DNA of 26,931 bases from a virus. Location of the stretch: the IMG/VR virus record IMGVR_UViG_3300005856_000091; one strand, 5' to 3'. The notes below the pieces were generated by a model that did not search any database, was not told where the DNA came from, and worked only from the letters and a program-made list of their open reading frames with translations. The position numbers were made by a program, and so were the translations under genes. Of the stretch, positions 1 to 7,400 are shown piece by piece; position 1 is the first letter of the stretch, and every line of letters starts with the position of its first letter.

Positions 1-373
<373 letters not shown>

Positions 374-392
<19 letters not shown>

Positions 393-709
393 CATATAGG
401 TGTTCTCGGAGAACCCGCTATAATGTCCTTCATTAATCCAACTGTCATTGCTAAGCATATAATTGATTCTACGCACCTCGATGAAAGACCGTATGAAACA
501 AGCCACTCAGCTTCCTCAGCCTTTAGAAGCTTGCACCCCTCCCTGCCAAGCCTCTTTATACCCTCTTCTTTCAGATAACTCTCATCAAATCCATAGAAGC
601 ATTGAATGCCAAGCGATATGAATGACAACAGCTCTAGAACAGTGTAGTCCTCGTGGTGCTGAAAAGCTGTGTACATACACATCTGGTTAAGTGTTGAGTT
701 CTTAAGCAT
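374..709 (-). CDS. Hypothetical protein (111 aa)
   Basis: Fills the space between the MCP terminator and the IS end; plausible helical composition; stop lies 1 nt from the IS right end. Confidence 0.55.
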
Positions 710-714
710 GAGAA

Positions 715-750
715 AACAGTTTTGATAAAAGAAAAAAATGTTTTTCGGCT
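715..750 (-). terminator. T-rich terminator after the MCP operon (may also contain the promoter of 374..709)
   Basis: Minus strand reads AAAAACATTTTTTTCTTTT downstream of the MCP stop and two small hairpins (AATCG-acgc-CGATT, CAGC-agaga-GCTG). Confidence 0.5.
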
Positions 751-806
751 TTTTAATCGACGCCGATTATGCGGCTCATATCAGCAGAGAGCTGTTGCTA
801 GCTATG

Positions 807-1187
807 TTAGTAGTAGGCTGCTGTTGGAACCAATGCGTTAACTATTGCGTCAGCTACATCGCTTGGGCATCCAAGTGCTACAAACCTGTTCTTAACTCCT
901 TGGGATGCTGTTACTAGTGTTGCTCCACTGTGGCTGAATAGCATCTTTGTGAGCACTTCTCCAAGAGCTATACAAACGCCGTAGATGCCTGATGGAAGCC
1001 CCTTGTCTGCTAGTATAGCCTTTACTCTATCTATGTTTGCTCTAACAGCCGCAACAGAACCTTGGTATCTTGGAACCATTATTGTGTCGTGTATGGCTGT
1101 TAGCACTGCCTTGACATTGTCTCCAGAGTACTTTGTTGTGTACTTAGTTATTTGTTCTGAAAGTGTGTATCCAGCCATGAAGCTCAT
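807..1187 (-). CDS. Major capsid protein 2 (SIRV2-like fold)
   Basis: Paralog of the adjacent MCP (DRVKAILADKGLPSGIYGVCIALGEVL...GVKNRFVALG..DVADAIV); GGGGTGAG RBS 5 nt upstream. Confidence 0.8.
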   Translation of the reverse strand: MSFMAGYTLSEQITKYTTKYSGDNVKAVLTAIHDTIMVPRYQGSVAAVRANIDRVKAILADKGLPSGIYGVCIALGEVLTKMLFSHSGATLVTASQGVKNRFVALGCPSDVADAIVNALVPTAAYY

Positions 1188-1200
1188 ATCATCTCACCCC

Positions 1201-1557
1201 CTAGCTAACAACAAGTGTTGCTAACTTGTCTAGAACTGCAGGGTCAGCACCTTTTGCAATATACTCGTTTTTAACGCCAGCGATAACAGCATCTGGCAAC
1301 CTACCCTTAGTGGCTTTTGCAATTCTTAGAAGAGCCTCTGCAAACGCTATGTGAATACCCCACTTACCCTGTGGAACTCCGAGATCTATCAAAACCTCTC
1401 TAACCCTCTCAACAAGCATTCTGAATGGTGTTGCATAGTTGATGTACTTTGTTACAGCTATTTGCTGTGAAGCTGCATACCTAGTAGCTACTCTATCTGG
1501 CGATGTCTTGGCACTGAACATCTGAGCCATGTCTCCAGCAGACTTAGTTATAGGCAT
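1201..1557 (-). CDS. Major capsid protein 1 (SIRV2-like fold)
   Basis: Aligns by eye along its length to the SIRV2 MCP as I recall it: SP..VA....A.....F..V..VL...G....I...F...R......I.G.K..YI...ADP.VLD; GGTGAA RBS. Confidence 0.87.
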   Translation of the reverse strand: MPITKSAGDMAQMFSAKTSPDRVATRYAASQQIAVTKYINYATPFRMLVERVREVLIDLGVPQGKWGIHIAFAEALLRIAKATKGRLPDAVIAGVKNEYIAKGADPAVLDKLATLVVS

Positions 1558-1677
1558 ACCCTATTTCACCCACAACTATTGATAAAAACATATAGAGATA
1601 TTAACTTGTGAGCAACAACATATATTTTGAACCATATGTAAAAACGATGGAAACCCACTTTATAGGTGACCACTAAT

Positions 1678-2205
1678 ATGTCTTCACATAAAGATTCAAG
1701 TCAACAACATGTTTCTGTTTCAACAAAGCAAGTAAAAGATGTTGGAGAACTCATAGGGTCGAGAAAAGTTCTTGAACTGATGAAGCAAGCTGTGAAAGAG
1801 AACATAGCGTCAACAGCATACATAGTTTCAAGGATGTACATATATTCGCTTATTCTGCACGCTCTTAAGTACTTCGATTTCAAGCTGTCCTACGCACCAA
1901 TGTATGGTGTTAACATAGATATTTTAAAGGAGATTGTACCATTTGAGGACAGTTTCGAGGTTCGCATAAGGGTTGATATCAGAAACATAGATGTTAAAAG
2001 GCTTAAGAGTAACTGGAGACGTGTTTCTGCATCTATTAAGAAGACTGATGATGACTCTGTGAAGCTCATTATGAAGATCGGTCAGCATATATTTGTTGAG
2101 ACGTGGAAAGAGTTTGAGATGGAGCACATGTATGGCAAGGTTGATGAGCTAAAAGAATTTAAGGTTGTTAAGGAAGAGCAAATTAATGAAGGTGAAAACA
2201 GTTGA
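1678..2205 (+). CDS. Hypothetical protein (175 aa), first gene of the rightward operon
   Basis: Long ORF divergent from the MCPs; GGTGA RBS favours ATG 1678 over GTG 1666. Confidence 0.8.
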   Translation: MSSHKDSSQQHVSVSTKQVKDVGELIGSRKVLELMKQAVKENIASTAYIVSRMYIYSLILHALKYFDFKLSYAPMYGVNIDILKEIVPFEDSFEVRIRVDIRNIDVKRLKSNWRRVSASIKKTDDDSVKLIMKIGQHIFVETWKEFEMEHMYGKVDELKEFKVVKEEQINEGENS

Positions 2206-2345
2206 GTGTTCAGATAACTATAACCCTTCCTAAGCCGCTTTATGAAAGGCTTCTTAGGAGGTGTAATGAGGCTGGCATGACTTTAGATACGTGCATTGCT
2301 AGGGCTGTTATACACCTAGTTGAGCAGGAGGTGAAAAAGAGTTGA
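2202..2345 (+). CDS. Ribbon-helix-helix (CopG-like) DNA-binding protein, 47 aa; absent from the ORF track
   Basis: MSVQITITLPKPLYERLLRRCNEAGMTLDTCIARAVIHLVEQEVKKS has the RHH pattern; GGTGA RBS; TTGA overlaps with both neighbours. Confidence 0.8.
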   Translation: MSVQITITLPKPLYERLLRRCNEAGMTLDTCIARAVIHLVEQEVKKS

Positions 2346-2698
2346 GTATTGAGAGCTTCATCCAACTGCTTTCTAAGTACCTTGACATGCCTAGCGTTCA
2401 AAGCATTATGATAGCTCTTAGGATGGGTCAGGAGAGGTACAGCTCTGGAAAGATAACTGAGAGGGATGTTGATTCTGGTGCTAGGAAGCTGTGCAGAATG
2501 ATTAGCGGGACTCTTGGAACCGATGTATCTAGGCTGGAGTCTGAGATTGGCTCAGCTTTCAGCGATTGGTGTGTAAACACTGTTAAGATGATTGTAATGG
2601 GTTCCCTAGCTGGTTTAACAGCGTCATCAGCGATAGACCTGTTCAAACCCTCTGATGAATCTGAGGGCGGGAGGTCTAGGGAGACAAGGCTCCTCTAG
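2342..2698 (+). CDS. Hypothetical protein (118 aa)
   Basis: GGAGGTGA RBS, TTG start coupled to the upstream stop. Confidence 0.8.
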   Translation: MSIESFIQLLSKYLDMPSVQSIMIALRMGQERYSSGKITERDVDSGARKLCRMISGTLGTDVSRLESEIGSAFSDWCVNTVKMIVMGSLAGLTASSAIDLFKPSDESEGGRSRETRLL

Positions 2699-2708
2699 GG
2701 ATCAGGGG

Positions 2709-3752
2709 TTGAAGCTCATAGCCGTATACACATCTCAGAGGGCAGTATCTCTGCAGAAGGTTTCTAAGACTATATGCGATGTCATGGCATCTGATGACAT
2801 CATATGCGATTTTCTAAACCCATCTATACTAGATAAGCAGACCCTTAATCAGTTCGATTCATCACTCACTGTCATGCCGTTCGACCTTGCCCCATGCTTC
2901 AACTATTTCTATAACTATTGGAGGTGGAGATATGAGTTAAAGAAGCCATCAATATTCTATACAACAATAGAGGGCGATGTGCTTAACCCAAACATGTATG
3001 AATGGATAAAGAGGGATCTTGACTTTGTAGCTAACAGCAGGTATACTGAGTCTAAGCTGAGGAAAGGAGGCTACAAGGTGAGGGAGCTTATATACCACGG
3101 CATAGACCTCAACCTATACGACCCAAGCAAGTATGATGATGACGCTAAGAAGATTAGGGAGAGGCTTGGATTTTCACAGAACGACTTTGTTTTTCTATAC
3201 ATAGCATCTTCACATCCTAGGAAGTGCCATGACAAGGCTTCGAATGTTATGAGGATACTTGAGAAGAGGGATACATCAATAAAGCTAGTTGTTCTAACAG
3301 ATGAAAAAGCTGCTAGCTATTACCAAGGCATTGGCAACACAGTTGTTTTGACGGATTTTGGAAGCATTGACGAATCATCTATCCCAGCACTGTACAGAGC
3401 TGTTGATGCCTATGCACAGTTCTCATGCATAGAGGGGTTCGGCATGCCTGTTCTTGAGGCTCTTGCAATGGGTAAGCTAGTTGTTCATGTCAACTACATG
3501 CCTTTGACTGAGATCACAACACCTGATACAAGTGTTAGGGTTAAACCTGTTAAGAGGAAGCTTGTTGAGGGAGGTGGTTCAGCAATACTATACGAGCTGT
3601 ACGACTATGATTCATCTGATTTTGCAGAGGCAATGATAAAGGCTAAGCAACTTGTTCAGTCAGATCCATCTATTGTGGATAAGGCTAGGAAGAGGGCTCA
3701 GGAGTTCGATGCCCAAAAACTTTATAAGGGGTTTACCAAGTACTTTGTGTGA
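2709..3752 (+). CDS. GT-B (GT4-like) glycosyltransferase
   Basis: IYHGID, HPRKCHD, LYRAVDAYAQFSCIEGFGMPVLEALAMG motifs; TTG start at 2709 (MKLIAVYTSQ) avoids the long overlap of the 2655 start. Confidence 0.92.
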   Translation: MKLIAVYTSQRAVSLQKVSKTICDVMASDDIICDFLNPSILDKQTLNQFDSSLTVMPFDLAPCFNYFYNYWRWRYELKKPSIFYTTIEGDVLNPNMYEWIKRDLDFVANSRYTESKLRKGGYKVRELIYHGIDLNLYDPSKYDDDAKKIRERLGFSQNDFVFLYIASSHPRKCHDKASNVMRILEKRDTSIKLVVLTDEKAASYYQGIGNTVVLTDFGSIDESSIPALYRAVDAYAQFSCIEGFGMPVLEALAMGKLVVHVNYMPLTEITTPDTSVRVKPVKRKLVEGGGSAILYELYDYDSSDFAEAMIKAKQLVQSDPSIVDKARKRAQEFDAQKLYKGFTKYFV

Positions 3753-3763
3753 GGTTTTGAGAA

Positions 3764-4078
3764 ATGAGTTCAGCACCTGTACAACAGTTTCCACAGCCCC
3801 CGATGGCTCCGCAACCACCTCAGCAACAAGCTGTATCAGTTGCAGAGCTTCCTCCTGAGGTCAGGCTTTTGCTTGACCTATACAGCGAGTCTAACCACCT
3901 TGTGTTGCTGTGCATGGAGATTGATGATGAGGATATAAAGAGGAAGCCTGCTTTTGCAGAGCTTAGGGAGCAGTGCAAAATAGTGGGGAGGCTTGTTAGG
4001 GAGCTTGACAGGATTATTAGGAGGAGGGCTGAGGAGATAAGGAAGAGGCAGTCTCAACAGGCTCCGCAAATAATGTGA
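3764..4078 (+). CDS. Hypothetical coiled-coil protein with P/Q-rich N-terminus
   Basis: GAGG RBS, typical codon usage, followed by a T-rich tract. Confidence 0.8.
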   Translation: MSSAPVQQFPQPPMAPQPPQQQAVSVAELPPEVRLLLDLYSESNHLVLLCMEIDDEDIKRKPAFAELREQCKIVGRLVRELDRIIRRRAEEIRKRQSQQAPQIM

Positions 4079-4084
4079 TTATCT

Positions 4085-4140
4085 GATTAAATAAAAATAG
4101 TTTTTTAATCTTTAAACACTTCTCTAAATAGCTGAGGAGT
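4085..4140 (+). promoter_or_regulatory. Terminator/promoter junction upstream of the structural operon
   Basis: AAATAAAAATAGTTTTTTAATCTTTAAAC followed by GAGGAG RBS. Confidence 0.5.
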
Positions 4141-4144
4141 AGCT

Positions 4145-4411
4145 ATGTCATCAAATATTTTGTTGCCTCCAGTTATTATGGATGTTGATGGTTGTACTGT
4201 CTATATATGGAACGTGATTATAGCTACGAATGTTTTTGGTAAGAAGAGATACTTGGTTACTGCACAGGCAAAATGCTACGGTAAGCTATCTAAGCAGGCG
4301 TGCTTCGATGTATCTGATGAGGATGACCTTAGAAACGTTTTAAAGAAAGAGGTAGCCCTGTTCAAGTCAATAGTTTTGTCAGGTGCTCACGATGTCTATG
4401 CAGAGGGGTGA
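4145..4411 (+). CDS. Hypothetical protein (88 aa)
   Basis: GAGGAG RBS; overlaps the start of the giant ORF. Confidence 0.8.
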   Translation: MSSNILLPPVIMDVDGCTVYIWNVIIATNVFGKKRYLVTAQAKCYGKLSKQACFDVSDEDDLRNVLKKEVALFKSIVLSGAHDVYAEG

Positions 4412-7400
4412 AGAGGGAGAGTTTAGAATAGATGAGCTGTACATAGCTGCTGCAAAGGAGTTGATAGAATCTGTAGCAAGCAGCATTACATTGATTCATA
4501 GCTCAGGAGTTTATCAAATATCTTTTGATTCTATAAAACTTGAAGCACTTGCAAACGCCCTTAATGTATTTGGATGGACGGATCCAATTGGAGAGATTAA
4601 GAATTGGTTCTACGACAGGTTGAAAGAGATTGCTACGTTCTTCAGCAGCACTGTTGATGCAATAACGAAGCCCATAAAAGATGTTGTTAACAGTGTTTGG
4701 AGCTTTGTACAGGGAATACCAAATGCGGTTGTTAGCGGCGTCAAAGTTTTTATAGATACGCTTTCTAGCAGTGTTTCAAGCCTTGCTTCATCTGTGTCGA
4801 GCTATTTCACTCATGTTCTAAGCAAGCTCTCAGACATAGCATCATCAATATCGGCATCAATTTCATCAGCAGTTTCAAGCATTCTGCAGGGAGTTTTATC
4901 TGCTCTGTCAAGCGTTTCATCAACTATTTCAAGCGTTTTTCTAAGGCTGTGGGACTCGATACAGGTTATAGGTTCAAGCATATCTGATGCTTTTGGAAGG
5001 CTGTCAAGCATCTTATCATCTATACCGTCTGCAATTATTCAGGGTGTTCAATCACTGTTTGCACAGCTGTCATCATCTCTCCAAGGCATTGGTCAGAGCA
5101 TACTTGGGGCGTTACAGAGCTTTGCATCATCTATTCAGGGTGCTATACAGGGGGTAGTATCATCGCTATCCTATTTTGCTAGCCAGATATGGAATGGTAT
5201 ACAGAGCATTGGAATCTCTTTGGCTGGTGTTGCTGATAGGATTTGGAGCGGTCTGCAATCAGTTGGTCAAAGCGTTTTGGGTGCTTTGCAGAGCTTTGCT
5301 GGGATGGTGCAGAGTGCTATAAGTAGTGTTGCTGGTACTCTATCTGGTCTCATTTCAAGGGTTTGGGAAGGTCTTCAGTCAATAGGTTCAGCGGTATCGG
5401 GGTTCTTCAGCAGGGTGTGGGAAGGTATACAGAGCTTTGGCAAGATGGTTTCAGATTTCTTTGGAAGGATATGGGATGGTATCCAGAGCGGGTTGAAGTG
5501 GGTATGGGATCAGCTACAGGTATTCGGTAAATGGCTGTGGGACAGCATTCAGGGGGGTCTAAAATGGCTTTGGGACGCTCTAACATCTATTGGTTCAAAG
5601 ATTTGGGAGGGTCTTCAATGGTTTGGCAAATCTGTTTCTGACATGTTTATCAGGGTTTGGGACGGTCTTCAGGCAGTTGGTAAATTGGTTTTGAGCGGGG
5701 TAGAGGGTCTTGGAACAGCTATTCAAAACGCTTTATCAGCTATTCAGAGATTTATTGAATATGAGTTTAGCATTGTTGGTGGTGCTCTCTCAAGCTTTGG
5801 AAGGCTTGTTGTAGATGGCTTTACAAGGATTGGTCAATCTCTCTCTGACTTCGCCAAGATCTTCGACAAGTGGGCAACTACACTATATGGAGGTGTGCAG
5901 GCGATTGGAAGCGGATTCACACAGTTTCTACAGTATATCTCTAATCTGCCGAATGTGCTTCAGAGCATATTTGGAGGCATAGCTGACTTCTTTAAGAGGG
6001 TTGGTGAAGTGATAGCGGAGTTCGTTAGAAGCCCGCTTGAGTTTATAAAGAAGCACATTATTGAGCCTATTTGGGGAGGAATACAGTGGCTAGCTGGAAA
6101 GATGTGGGATGGGCTTCAGTGGATGTGGCAGAAAATAGTTGAGGGTGCTCAATGGCTTTGGGGTGCTCTTCAGCAAGCAGGTCAATGGATGCTTAACGCA
6201 ATTGCAGGAATAGCCAGTGCTATTCAAAACGCTTTTACTGGAATTGCTAATACTATATCTGGTGTTGGTAAAACTGCATATGAGTTTATTATAAACATGT
6301 TTATGAAGATTAAAGAATTGGTTTCTGAATCTATGCAAAAATATGTTAAAGGAGTTATATCAGAGTTTATGAGTGCTGTTGGCTGGGGTTCACCCCCTGG
6401 TTTAACTTCTGATAACTTTGTAAAGGCTTGGGGAACATCGCTTTTCTGGTCACTGCCTCTATATGCATTTGCATTAGCTGTCGAGATACCGATTAGGGGG
6501 GCTGCGTATGGGCTTCAGCAGTTGGGCAATAAATTAAGTGGTATGGATTGGAAGATTAGACTGTCTTTGAAGTTTCTTGGGGCTGGAGGAGACATAGAAT
6601 TCAACTTGGCTAAGGCTCTTGGCGATTCTCTTCAGAACTTTGGCAAAGAGATGATGAAGCATGCTGAAAAGTTCTATGAGCCGTTCTGGATGGGCATAGG
6701 TTTCTGGTTCGGCAGATATGCATCGACGCTTCTAATATATAATCTCAGGAACTTCATACCAATTGAGATGCCATCGTTTAGAGAGGCTGAGGAGCTGTGG
6801 AACAGGATAAGGTCAACTGCTCTAACATCTTTCAAGATTCCTGAGGACGTGGTTGGGAAGCCTGAGGACGCTGAGGATGTTATTATAAACTTCCTAAAGA
6901 TGAGGGGCTACAGTGACTATGTTATCAAGCTTGCGTTTGCAGATGAGAATGAGTTCTATCTGGAGATTGAGGACAGGTTTGGCGTTAAGAGGAAGATACC
7001 ACTGGCTGATGCGTGGAGAGTTCCGCCTCCAAGCGACATAATAACAATGATGATCAGAGATGTGATAATTGATCCTAAGTACTTTGCAGCAGTTATGAGG
7101 ATGCAGGGATTCAACAAGGACACATCTATACTGTACTACTACCTTCACTTCAGGTACCCGCCTCCTGAGAGGCTTGCTGAGTTCTATTGGCGTGGAATGG
7201 CAAGGGTTCTGTGGTTTGACAGGACATTGGAGGAGGAAGGTCTAAAGACATTCCTAGGGCTTGAAGCTATCAAAGCAACACCTCCTAGAAAGATAAATGA
7301 GAATCCAAACATATTGAATAACATGATTATGATGTACATGAAGTGGCACGACTATGCACCTTTCGCATGGCAACCAGGGTTCCCAACAGATAAGTCAATC

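Noticed and set aside
985-1224. ORF 985..1224 (+) and other antisense or overlapping ORFs inside the MCP, GT, giant-protein and fibre genes
   Set aside because: Shadow frames of well-supported genes with no RBS or motif
6180-6430. AT-richer patch inside the giant ORF as a possible insertion
   Set aside because: Frame and amphipathic pattern continue smoothly; the shift is seen only by eye and has no boundary repeats
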